Source: Limisphaerales bacterium
GTDB taxonomy: Bacteria > Verrucomicrobiota > Verrucomicrobiia > Limisphaerales > SIBE01
Reading direction: 5' to 3'
Assembly (NCBI GenBank): GCA_044225505.1
Contig: JBGAIN010000005.1
Coordinates: 1 to 64,000 of the forward strand
Length of the DNA stretch: 64,000 bases
Shown here: positions 48,281-57,716 of the stretch, in pieces
Layout of the letters: every line of letters starts with the position of its first letter
Position numbering within the stretch: position 1 is the stretch's first letter
Notes under the pieces: model-generated
Told to the model about the DNA's origin: nothing
The model's input: only the letters and a program-made list of their open reading frames with translations
Database searches by the model: none
Position numbers and translations under genes: made by a program

Positions 48281-51200
48281 CTAGGGACTCGTTTCCAAGC
48301 GGAAAAAGAGAGGTGTGCTCAGGTTATTCACCGGGACACTGTAGCTCATCGCATTGCTGCTGGCGCGCACCCAGGGTGAGAGCGGAGACCAGGTTAACGC
48401 ATTCGTACTACTGAACAGCCGATACATATGCCCGGGCGCCGCGGACCAATTTAGTCGGCACGTGCCATTCGAGACCCGCACGGGAAAGAGCAGTTGTAGA
48501 TCCGATTTGGCATCGGTTGGGTCCGTTCCCGCAAGAAACTCGGCATAGTCTCCAAGGCCATCCCGATCGGTATCCACTTCAGCCGGACGGTTCGGCGTGA
48601 CACTTCCGAAGTAATGCGCCTCCCACAAATCCGAGATTCCATTGTGATTGACGTCGGGAAATGTGTAATCTCCTTGGAATACGACCGTGCTTCCGGACAA
48701 AATGTTGGTTTGCGGTGGCGGTGTCACATAGTAAGGGACATCGCCGAAACGTACTGTATAGACTCCCGACGGCACGTTGGTATATGTCGTCAACGATCCC
48801 TGACCATTCCGAATGATCGGACCTGATAAAGCGAAAGTCCCCTGACCCAGGTTATTGTCGATGACAACCGTTCCCAACACTTGGTTAGTGACGGTAACCG
48901 ACACATCGTCGACGAGCCAACCAGACCGCGGACCGCCTTCTAACGTAAACAACCCATAATACCATCCGAGTTGAACGACGTGACCTAAGTAAGGCGTCAG
49001 ATCGACCTCCTCCTCTTCCCAACCGCTCGAAAGATCCCCGTACTCCTTCAACAACACCCAAGCGGCACTGTTATTCGTCGAGATGTAAAGCTGGCCATAC
49101 TCATAGATGTCAGAGTCCGACCGTTCCGTAAAATCGTAGCTCTGCCAGAATCGCAACGTGGCCACGTTACCTCCGGCAAGCTGCAGCGCCGGTCCGACCA
49201 ACAGTGTATCGGCCACATCAATCCCTGCGCCATCCAGATTGCTGCCCCAAGCGTTTGGCGGAGAATGAGCCGCCGTTTCCAGGCCGTTATTCGGCACACC
49301 CAAACTCCATGCGGCCACGCCTTCCTCACCATTCTGGACAGACCAGTTCTTGCTGCTCGCTTCGACGTCCAACGCGTCAGACCAAGGCGGTAACAAGGGT
49401 TTCAATGTATGAAATGTATAGAACTTGCCACCATTGTTATCGACCACGGTATTCCCAGCATTGTCGCGACTGACAATCTGGTAGTAGTAAACGCGATCGG
49501 GCTGGAGCCCCACTAATGTCAGCTCGTGAGTCTCCTCAAAATCACCGCTATACGCCGTTCGACCTAAGAACGCAGACTCGCCAAACTGGACCAGGGCGTC
49601 GGTTGGCTCCGACGTCGTCCACGAAACCGATGCCTCTTCATACTCAGGGTCGACCACAATGTCCGAAATCGTTGGCGCCTCCAAGTCGATCGCAGCCTCC
49701 GCTCGGACGATAGAACCCACCGACGCGTCCAGATACTCCATCCAAATCGAATCGCCTGCCTTGGCACGCAATCCTGGCCCAGGCCCAGCTGAAACCGGGG
49801 CAAGCGTCACAAAGCCACGGAACAGACCACGTCGGGCCGTTTCGGACAGTGCCACGGCAATGCCGTTGGTCATGCTGCTACTGTAGGCGGTGACGGTGAC
49901 TCGGCCTTGTCCGGCTAAATCGGAATCCGCCAATTCGATCGTGATTAAATCCGGAAGCGTGTAGGCCGCCCGATCCAACGAAACCGTTCCAAGCCCTCCT
50001 AATCCCGGAGCCAAAAATCCAAGGATCTTTCGGAGCACCGCCGTTCGGGTATCCGGCGCCTCGCCCGTCTCAGGGATTGTATCGAAGGGAAACGAGAGAA
50101 ACACCACCCGCCCGGCACTATCTGCCCCAGTTCGAGGATATCGCAAGCCTGCGATATGATCGGAACCGGCATCTAAAAAGATGGGAGCCGCATTCGTGCT
50201 GATCGTCAGCGTATCGGAGACATCTGGGCTTTGCCCCAGCAGTTCGAGGATATCGTTGTTATAAGCAGAGTAATCGAGGGAAAACCCCATGTCGTGTGAA
50301 ATGGGATCGTTATCCGTCCCGTACACACCGGAAACCCCCACGTCCTCCGCAAACTCCTGCACTTGGAGCACGTTCGTCCGAAAGGACGAATTCGCGCCCA
50401 GCCGGGACAGCAGTTCCATCGATGACATGAAAAGGGACCCTCCCCCGTTCACGTAGGTTTCAACCGCAGACTGTTGTGCTGGCGTTAAGCTGGAAGTCCC
50501 CAACAAGCTATCGGAAATCCGCCAAATCACGACTCGGAACGGGCGCAAATCGTCGCTTGTTGGAGATGGCGATCCGGCTTCTGAAAGATCCCATATCTCG
50601 TAACTCACCCCTGTTTCATCTAGCGGATCGGTATACGTGCTTAACGGAATATCCGTTGTCCCGAGAGTCGGATCGTCCGCGACGAAAGCATTCACGAGCA
50701 AGACCGTGGCCGCTGGTTTGGCCATAAATAAGTAAAACGCGCCCCCATTATTGTCGCTCGATTGGTTCCCCGCCTCATCGGTTGACAGGACGGAAACTCG
50801 ATAGGTTACTCCCGCAACCAAATCAGGCAATTCGACTTGATGGACAGTATCGAAAAATCGATTCGTTGCCGACAACGCCAGAACCGTGTTCGTCCCGTAA
50901 AACACCACGGCCGTTGCTAGTTCATCCGTTTCCCAAGTGATCACCTCTTTTCCAAAGCGATTTGTCACCGTCACGTTGCTGATCAAGGGCGGAACTAGGT
51001 CGGCGAGCGCCGTGCCTGTTCGCACCGCTGCCGGAGACGCGTCTTGGTAGGTGGCTGTGATGGCATCGCCATGCTTGATCTGTAGTTTACCATCGGTCAC
51101 CGCGGGTCCCGTCGCCGTCGCGACTACGCCAGTAAAAATCCCGAGCGCGCCCGACGGTTTCAGCGTGACAAGCTCACCCGCAATCTCGCTCGAGCTCTTC

Positions 51201-53515
51201 ACAACGGCGTTGACGAACGGTTGGCCGATTAGGTCCGAATCAATGACTTTTACCGTCATCCTGCCAGGCGCCGAATAGGCCGATCGATCAAACACCACCA
51301 AGCCCACGCCAGGCGTTGGCAAATCGCCGGAAACGACAAGGGCAAAATCTTGTTGAGCGGCGACATTGTCCCGATGCTGAATGTCCTCGGACACATTCCG
51401 GGCGCGAACTCGGATCAGGTAATCGCCGGCCAGCGGCAAACTCAGGTGGACCGCTTCCACGTTGTTAAGATTGTCCGAGCCTGGGCTGCCATCGATCGAT
51501 TCGCCATCAACAAATTGGTTTCCGCGGTAGATCTTTCCATCCGGCCCGATTACCTCGAGGTCCAAATCATTGACCAGCGCGGGCAAAGCCGCCGGCAGCC
51601 CGGGAACGTCGGTGTACGTCAACGTGATTTTCAACGGCTCGTTGGAGCTAGCCACGATCACGCCATGTTCGTAGGTCTGCCCGGTGCTCAGCAGTTCGGT
51701 CTGGTCGACGTATTCGACCCGGCGCAGAGAACCGATCAAATTCGTCAAAGTCAGCCGTCCCCATCCCTCATCTGGATTCGGAATAGGTCCCGTGTCTATT
51801 GCATCGTCCATGTCCACGGCAGAATTAATCAATGCTGCTTTGACCAATGCGGGAGACGGAGTCGCATTCCCATGAGTCTCCCGATAGTACTGCACGAAGA
51901 CTGCAGCTGCCCCGGAGACATGTGGACCCGCCTGACTGGTGCCCCCTTGATACTGATAGTTCAGAGAAATGGGAGCCCAAGCGTTCTCATCACTCGCCGA
52001 TCCAGACTGGAGCGATGCAATCCAGGTCCCTGGAGCCACAAGGTCAGGCTTGATACGACCATCTTCACAAGGCCCCCGGCTGGAAAAATCAGCGGTCGCG
52101 TCCTGCCCATCCGCGTAGATAAAGAAGTCAAAGCGATCGTTCTGCGATGCTCCCGTGGCAATCACGTTCTTCCCGACAGCAGGGCTATCGAGTGTTTGAG
52201 GGCCGGGGCCTGCATTGCCCGCAGAGAATTCGAGGATGTAAGGTTGTTCGCCCGGCGTTTCCGCGTCAGCATCACGCACCAACGCGTCAAATTGCGCCGC
52301 ACTCAGGTCGTACCTGCCTTGCACGTCGTCACCCCAGCTATTTGAGCCAATGACAGCCCCAGCCCGTACCGCGTCGTGGGTCAACGTTTCGTAAGGTGGG
52401 AGTTCATCCTTGCCATCCGCATCAAAGACCCTTTGGACAACAATATGGGCTTTGGGAGCCACTCCCAGTCCATACAGGGCACCCGCATCGTCCACTTCAC
52501 CCGTTGCCCCGTCCCCCGCGATGATTCCCGTCACGTGAGTCCCATGGCTATGTTCGTCCGCTGCATCCTCAAGCGCCCCGTAAAACAAAAAGCTATCGAC
52601 ACGCCCCTGCAAATCCGGATGCATCGATTCGGCGTCGCCATTGTGCAGTCCGCTATCGGCGACAGCCACAACCACTCCACGCCCATCGTAGCCAAGTTGT
52701 TGCGTCAAGGTCGCATGGTCCGGCGGTGTCACACTAGACTTGGCCCCGCCTCTCTTAGCTTGAACCCCCAAAATGCCGAACGGGTCGTCATCGTCATCGA
52801 CTCCACCGCCATCCCCTGGGGGTGCCTCGGGAATCTCGCCCCCGGCGACGATCTTGGAGGCAATCTCATCGGAAAGGCGCATTCGAGGTGCCGGTTCGAT
52901 CCATAAAACGCCAGGAGATCGGGCTAGGCTGGCCAGCTCCGAAGTGGTCAGATCTCCGCTCATCACCACTCCGAAAGACGTCCGAGACTGGACTTTCAAC
53001 TTCTTCAAGTTCAACCCCGACCGAGCCATTTCCAATGTTCCAGCCCCGGGTGCCATCAGGAAACTGACAGGGGCAAGATTTTTTCCGGAGCGTCCCTGCA
53101 GATGTGCTTGGAGCCCTCTGTGTACTTTTAACTCTGTGCTATAGGGCCCCACCCATCGAACGAACGGCAAATTACGGACTTTCGCCAAAGGAGCGCCCTC
53201 TGCCCGCGCGACGAAAGCATCGTCCGGAATGAACCGCAAAAGCTCGATCCCCAATTCCTTTAACTGAGGCCGCCACGCAGCCTGAAACCGATCTTGGAAC
53301 TGAATGAGAAACAGTCCAGAAACAGGCTGTTCGGAGCCAATGGCTTGTAACGACGCTGGGCTCCTTTCCGGCGCCCTCGTGGTGATTACTTGATTGCGCA
53401 ACCGTATAACCTTGGTTTGTCCCCGAACTTCTCCACCAAATGAAAAAAGCGCGAGCAACAGGACCGGTCCGAGCATCCGCTCAAACCGGGAATAAGCGCG
53501 GTATTTCACTGTCAT
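48281..53515 (-). CDS. Large secreted S8 (subtilisin-like) peptidase with duplicated Ig/FN3-like modules and a C-terminal domain
   Basis: Triad motifs VAVADSG, HSHGTHVTG, GGTSQAGP; FSAGN; FSSRGP; GRIKPDLVAPG; signal peptide; DTDRDGLGDYAEFLAGTDP. Confidence 0.9.
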   Translation of the reverse strand: MTVKYRAYSRFERMLGPVLLLALFSFGGEVRGQTKVIRLRNQVITTRAPERSPASLQAIGSEQPVSGLFLIQFQDRFQAAWRPQLKELGIELLRFIPDDAFVARAEGAPLAKVRNLPFVRWVGPYSTELKVHRGLQAHLQGRSGKNLAPVSFLMAPGAGTLEMARSGLNLKKLKVQSRTSFGVVMSGDLTTSELASLARSPGVLWIEPAPRMRLSDEIASKIVAGGEIPEAPPGDGGGVDDDDDPFGILGVQAKRGGAKSSVTPPDHATLTQQLGYDGRGVVVAVADSGLHNGDAESMHPDLQGRVDSFLFYGALEDAADEHSHGTHVTGIIAGDGATGEVDDAGALYGLGVAPKAHIVVQRVFDADGKDELPPYETLTHDAVRAGAVIGSNSWGDDVQGRYDLSAAQFDALVRDADAETPGEQPYILEFSAGNAGPGPQTLDSPAVGKNVIATGASQNDRFDFFIYADGQDATADFSSRGPCEDGRIKPDLVAPGTWIASLQSGSASDENAWAPISLNYQYQGGTSQAGPHVSGAAAVFVQYYRETHGNATPSPALVKAALINSAVDMDDAIDTGPIPNPDEGWGRLTLTNLIGSLRRVEYVDQTELLSTGQTYEHGVIVASSNEPLKITLTYTDVPGLPAALPALVNDLDLEVIGPDGKIYRGNQFVDGESIDGSPGSDNLNNVEAVHLSLPLAGDYLIRVRARNVSEDIQHRDNVAAQQDFALVVSGDLPTPGVGLVVFDRSAYSAPGRMTVKVIDSDLIGQPFVNAVVKSSSEIAGELVTLKPSGALGIFTGVVATATGPAVTDGKLQIKHGDAITATYQDASPAAVRTGTALADLVPPLISNVTVTNRFGKEVITWETDELATAVVFYGTNTVLALSATNRFFDTVHQVELPDLVAGVTYRVSVLSTDEAGNQSSDNNGGAFYLFMAKPAATVLLVNAFVADDPTLGTTDIPLSTYTDPLDETGVSYEIWDLSEAGSPSPTSDDLRPFRVVIWRISDSLLGTSSLTPAQQSAVETYVNGGGSLFMSSMELLSRLGANSSFRTNVLQVQEFAEDVGVSGVYGTDNDPISHDMGFSLDYSAYNNDILELLGQSPDVSDTLTISTNAAPIFLDAGSDHIAGLRYPRTGADSAGRVVFLSFPFDTIPETGEAPDTRTAVLRKILGFLAPGLGGLGTVSLDRAAYTLPDLITIELADSDLAGQGRVTVTAYSSSMTNGIAVALSETARRGLFRGFVTLAPVSAGPGPGLRAKAGDSIWMEYLDASVGSIVRAEAAIDLEAPTISDIVVDPEYEEASVSWTTSEPTDALVQFGESAFLGRTAYSGDFEETHELTLVGLQPDRVYYYQIVSRDNAGNTVVDNNGGKFYTFHTLKPLLPPWSDALDVEASSKNWSVQNGEEGVAAWSLGVPNNGLETAAHSPPNAWGSNLDGAGIDVADTLLVGPALQLAGGNVATLRFWQSYDFTERSDSDIYEYGQLYISTNNSAAWVLLKEYGDLSSGWEEEEVDLTPYLGHVVQLGWYYGLFTLEGGPRSGWLVDDVSVTVTNQVLGTVVIDNNLGQGTFALSGPIIRNGQGSLTTYTNVPSGVYTVRFGDVPYYVTPPPQTNILSGSTVVFQGDYTFPDVNHNGISDLWEAHYFGSVTPNRPAEVDTDRDGLGDYAEFLAGTDPTDAKSDLQLLFPVRVSNGTCRLNWSAAPGHMYRLFSSTNALTWSPLSPWVRASSNAMSYSVPVNNLSTPLFFRLETSP

Positions 53516-53661
53516 ACGGTACTCCCAGAATGGCTGGGCAACAAGTGTTCGGCCTATCCTAAAGCAAATTGCATTCCTTGTCGCGCCGCAATCGTTTCGG
53601 AATATTCCTTACCCTGGACAGCGTTTGTCCAACCCATTGCTCTAACGTCATCGCAAACACG

Positions 53662-53868
53662 ATGACTATGAAACCTCAATTAGAACTAAGTTTGCAGCAG
53701 ACTCCCTGTTCCCGCCCCGCAGCTCGACGCCAACGCCGCCTGCAACGGGCTCACTGGTGGTTCACTCAAATGCGCCAGGTCGTCGATCGAGCGCTAGATC
53801 ACAACTTAGCCCATCCGACCCAGCCTGAGCAGATTCACTTAGGCCTTGGCCGCGCCACGCAGTCCTAA
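53662..53868 (+). CDS. Small hypothetical protein
   Basis: MTMKPQLELSL...RRQRRLQRAHWWFTQMRQVVDRA; fills the gap between the S8 peptidase and pyrD. Confidence 0.55.
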   Translation: MTMKPQLELSLQQTPCSRPAARRQRRLQRAHWWFTQMRQVVDRALDHNLAHPTQPEQIHLGLGRATQS

Positions 53869-53877
53869 CCCTCCAAT

Positions 53878-55020
53878 TTATCGCGGGTCAGGTTGGGGGT
53901 TTGGATTATTGGCTTTGCCGACAGCTCGGTCGAGAGTCGGCAGACCCTGCACGTCCAAACGCTCACGCAAGCCGCGGACAATGCCTTTGACGACCCCAGG
54001 GCCTTCGTAGACGAGGCCGGTATAGATTTGCAGCAGGCTCGCACCGGCTAAAATCTTCTCCCAAGCTTCTTCGGCCGTAAAAATTCCTCCGACTCCAATA
54101 ATTGGGAGTTTGCCGCAGCATTGCCGATAGATATGCCGGATTACTTCTGTGCTTCGCGTTCGCAACGGCGCGCCACTGAGTCCTCCTGCCTGCCCATAAA
54201 CCACCCTCAACCGTTCATTCTGGGTTTCAGGCCTGGAAATGGTAGTATTTGTGGCGACCAAGCCTGCCAGGCGCCTCGGTTCGGCCAACTCGAGAATCTC
54301 GTCGATGGCTTCGAAAGTGAGGTCTGGCGCGATCTTAACCAGAATCGGTTTTGCCGCTGATCGATTCTCGGCAGCCATTGCCAGATTCGTTTCCTGAAGG
54401 GCCGCCAGAATCTCATCCAACGCGCTCTTGTCCTGTAACTCCCGCAAGTTCGGTGTATTGGGTGAACTCACGTTGACCACAAAGAAGTCCAGCGTCTTCC
54501 ACAGGGTCCGAAGGGAATTGGCGTAGTCAGTCGCCGCCTCTCCGAGCGGGGTCACCTTCGATTTGCCGAGGTTAATTCCCACGGGATGTTCTGGCCACGC
54601 TCGTCGCGACCGCCATTCCGCAAGCCTCGCAGCCACCGCTTCCGCACCCAAGTTATTAAACCCCATTCGATTCACCAAGGCTCGATCGGGAATGGCGCGA
54701 AATACTCGAGGAAGCGGATTGCCCGGCTGGGCGTGCCAGGTCACGGCTCCCAGCTCGGTGAAACCAAATCCCAATGCTTCCCAGGCAGGGAGCGCCTCCG
54801 CATTCTTGTCCATCCCAGCGGCTAACCCGATCGGATTGGGAAATTTTAAGCCCCATAACTCCACGGGGAGAGGTGGAGCTCGTAGGAAACTCGCAACGGC
54901 ATCGCAGAGAAGCGGCCATCGACTGAGGCGCTCCAAGCCTTTAATGGTTCGATTATGAATCGATTCCGAATCCTGCGCGAAGAGCGCCGGACGCAAGAAA
55001 GTGCGGTACCACCAGCTCAT
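53878..55020 (-). CDS. pyrD: Quinone-dependent dihydroorotate dehydrogenase (class 2)
   Basis: NPIGLAAGMDK, NRMGFNN, GINLGKSK, NVSSPNTPNLRELQ, VKIAPDL, GGLSG, IIGVGGI. Confidence 0.96.
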   Translation of the reverse strand: MSWWYRTFLRPALFAQDSESIHNRTIKGLERLSRWPLLCDAVASFLRAPPLPVELWGLKFPNPIGLAAGMDKNAEALPAWEALGFGFTELGAVTWHAQPGNPLPRVFRAIPDRALVNRMGFNNLGAEAVAARLAEWRSRRAWPEHPVGINLGKSKVTPLGEAATDYANSLRTLWKTLDFFVVNVSSPNTPNLRELQDKSALDEILAALQETNLAMAAENRSAAKPILVKIAPDLTFEAIDEILELAEPRRLAGLVATNTTISRPETQNERLRVVYGQAGGLSGAPLRTRSTEVIRHIYRQCCGKLPIIGVGGIFTAEEAWEKILAGASLLQIYTGLVYEGPGVVKGIVRGLRERLDVQGLPTLDRAVGKANNPNPQPDPR

Positions 55021-55076
55021 CTCAAAAGACTCATCTCACCCCCCAACGTCCCCCGTTTGGGCTCCGACCGTTACGC

Positions 55077-57485
55077 TCACGGCCCTTTCAGGCGGTAGAA
55101 GCTGCTTTGGGCGTTGGGCGTCACCGTGACCGTATTGTTGCCGTTGATTACAACCGGGGGGACATTCACCGCGGACCAACCGATCCCGGAATTGAGCGAT
55201 ACTCGTGATTCGAGTGTAAAGCCAGCGGCGGTCACTGGCCAAGAAAGAACGAGACCAGACCCAGTTCTCGACGTTCCGAGCGTCACTTGCGCAGGAGGTT
55301 CCACACCTTTCAAGGCCGTGATCAGAGTGATGCTGTTGTCGATCAGATCAGGGTCCGAAGTCGTTGAAGCGGCCGTTACTTGATTTGTCAAATACGGTCC
55401 ATCCAGAACCGTGACTGAAAATCGAATCGCGACATCGGCTCCGGCAGCAAGTGCTCCCAGGTTGCAACGGATGATGTTATCTGTCACCACACAGTCAGCG
55501 CCGGACGGCGCAAAAATCAATTCGACGCCCATTGGCAAACGATCGGTTAGCGTTACCGAAGTGGCTTCCAATGGCCCACGATTAGTCACAGAAACGCCAT
55601 AACTCAAGAAGTCTCCCACGCCGACCGACGGCGGCGAGACAGAGGAGCCGACCACGAGGTTCGCATACAGCCCCACATAAAAGATCTCATCGCTGGTCAC
55701 TGAACCGCCCGGTGCCGTGACAGTAATCGGAGCGTTCACTGCGGACTCTGGCACGGTCGCCACCAGCGCGTTGACGGACACGGGGGTGATCGCGGCCGCC
55801 ACGGTTCCAAATCGGACCGACGTCACCCCCAACAGATTATCTCCGGTGATGGTTACCGCCGTACCTATCGGAGCGCTCAAGGGCTCGAACCGCCTGATCT
55901 TCGGCGGAAGGTAAAAGTTGTTCTCCGTGCTGGCGAATCCGGCGGGCGTCGCCACACTAATGGGACCGCTGGATGCACCTTCCGGAACGACCGCCCGAAT
56001 TTCCGCCGCTGAAATACTGGTGAAATTTGCGCTCACACCGGCGAACTGAACTGCCAAAGCCGAACTCAGATTGGCGCCGCGAATCGTCACAGCCGTTCCC
56101 ACCGAACCGAACGCTGGCTCAAAACTCACAATCGTCGGTGTCACGTAAAAGACTTCGGGACCTGACGCCGCGCCCGACGGAGTGACGACCGTGACATTCC
56201 CTGAAATGGCTCCGGGAGGAACCGTGGCGCGGAGCTTTGTTCCGGAATCCACCGTGAACTGCGCCGCGATTCCTCCGAATCGCACTTCGGTGCTTCCGAC
56301 GAAATTCGTCCCGGTCACTGTCACAACGGTTCCAATGTCGCCCGCGGTCGGCGTGAAGCTAACGATCTCCGGCGCTAATGGGCTAATCACCGTGAATGGA
56401 GTAGAGCTCGTCGCAGTCCCCTTCGGCGTGACTACCGTTACAGGCCCGCTGGTCGCCGCCGCTGGGACGGTCGCGAAGACAGAGAAACCGAGGATGCTGA
56501 ATTCTGCTGGAGTGCCATTAAAGGTAACGGAAGTCGCCCCGTCGAAATTCTGCCCGTTAATCGTCACGTTAACGCCGGCTCGAGCGCTGGCGGGAACAAT
56601 CTCCGTAATGATCGGAGCGCCGACCGTTGTCACGGTGAAAGGCGAACTACTGTTTCGCGTTCCGCCCGGCGTCACCACGGTGATAGGCCCGCTGGTCGCT
56701 CCCTCGGGGACAAACACCGTAATGGTGTTTCCGAAGAGCGTGAAGTTCGCAGCCAGGCCGTTAAAACGAACGGCCGAAGTTCCGACAAAATTATTGCCAT
56801 TAATCACGACGCGCGTCCCCACCGAGCCCGAATTTGGCGAGAAATTTTCAATCTCAGGGGGCTGCGTGGTTGTCACCGTGAACGCGTTGCCTGAGGTTAC
56901 GTTCCCGGCGGGCGTCGTGACACTGATCGGACCGGTTACCGCGCCCGCTGGGACGGTCGCCACCAGGTCTGTTCCGGAAAATCCCACCTGGAACGCCGCA
57001 CTGACCCCATTGAAAGAAACGATCGTAGCCCCCGTAAAGTGCTCTCCCGAAATCACCACGTCCGTCCCGACAGAACCTTCGACCGGCGCAAATCCTGTGA
57101 TGCGTGGCGTTTCATCCATCAAAACGGTGAAGGCAGTGACGCTCACATCCGTCCCGGTCAGACTCACCACCGTGATCGGTCCATTAGTGGCACCCGGCGG
57201 AACGGTGGCGATAATCTGTTGATCACTAAAAACGGTAAAGTCAGCCGAGACCTTGCTGAACTGCACGTCGCTCGTCTGCCCGAAATTCTCCCCCTCGATC
57301 GTGATCTTGGCTCCGACCGCACCGCTCGACGGAGCAAACCCGCTAATAAATGGACCCGTATCCGCAGCACGGATCGCCACCGTGCTCGCCGACAACCATA
57401 AAAGACATTGCAGGGTTACCACGCGCATACTTAAAGCAGTAAGCCACATGGCCCTCCGGATTGGGGAAATCTGATAAGTATTCAT
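55077..57485 (-). CDS. Secreted IPT/TIG-repeat protein with a DUF11-like domain and a C-terminal domain
   Basis: About 7 repeats of PxIxxFxPxxGxxGxxVxIxGxNF...VPxGAxxGPITVxxP; SYGVSVTNRGP...LTDRLP DUF11-like domain; signal peptide. Confidence 0.88.
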   Translation of the reverse strand: MNTYQISPIRRAMWLTALSMRVVTLQCLLWLSASTVAIRAADTGPFISGFAPSSGAVGAKITIEGENFGQTSDVQFSKVSADFTVFSDQQIIATVPPGATNGPITVVSLTGTDVSVTAFTVLMDETPRITGFAPVEGSVGTDVVISGEHFTGATIVSFNGVSAAFQVGFSGTDLVATVPAGAVTGPISVTTPAGNVTSGNAFTVTTTQPPEIENFSPNSGSVGTRVVINGNNFVGTSAVRFNGLAANFTLFGNTITVFVPEGATSGPITVVTPGGTRNSSSPFTVTTVGAPIITEIVPASARAGVNVTINGQNFDGATSVTFNGTPAEFSILGFSVFATVPAAATSGPVTVVTPKGTATSSTPFTVISPLAPEIVSFTPTAGDIGTVVTVTGTNFVGSTEVRFGGIAAQFTVDSGTKLRATVPPGAISGNVTVVTPSGAASGPEVFYVTPTIVSFEPAFGSVGTAVTIRGANLSSALAVQFAGVSANFTSISAAEIRAVVPEGASSGPISVATPAGFASTENNFYLPPKIRRFEPLSAPIGTAVTITGDNLLGVTSVRFGTVAAAITPVSVNALVATVPESAVNAPITVTAPGGSVTSDEIFYVGLYANLVVGSSVSPPSVGVGDFLSYGVSVTNRGPLEATSVTLTDRLPMGVELIFAPSGADCVVTDNIIRCNLGALAAGADVAIRFSVTVLDGPYLTNQVTAASTTSDPDLIDNSITLITALKGVEPPAQVTLGTSRTGSGLVLSWPVTAAGFTLESRVSLNSGIGWSAVNVPPVVINGNNTVTVTPNAQSSFYRLKGP

Positions 57486-57716
57486 GCACACCGCCACGGA
57501 TTTTAGCCCGTGAGTTGCCTAAGACACCAGAAGATCCTGACAGTGTCAATGACGCCTCCAGGTCACACGGACGGTCTTCGGAGATATGCAGGAGCCCCTC
57601 TCACGATTCTTTTGAAATCCGAAATGGCTCCCTGGTAGCGGCGTAGACGCACCTCCAAACGGAGGCAACTCTCTCCAGAGTCCTGGAAGCTCTCGCTGCC
57701 GAATTCCAAACGACCC

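Noticed and set aside
56182..57222. 346-aa plus-strand T/V/P-rich ORF
   Set aside because: Antisense mirror of the IPT/TIG repeats.
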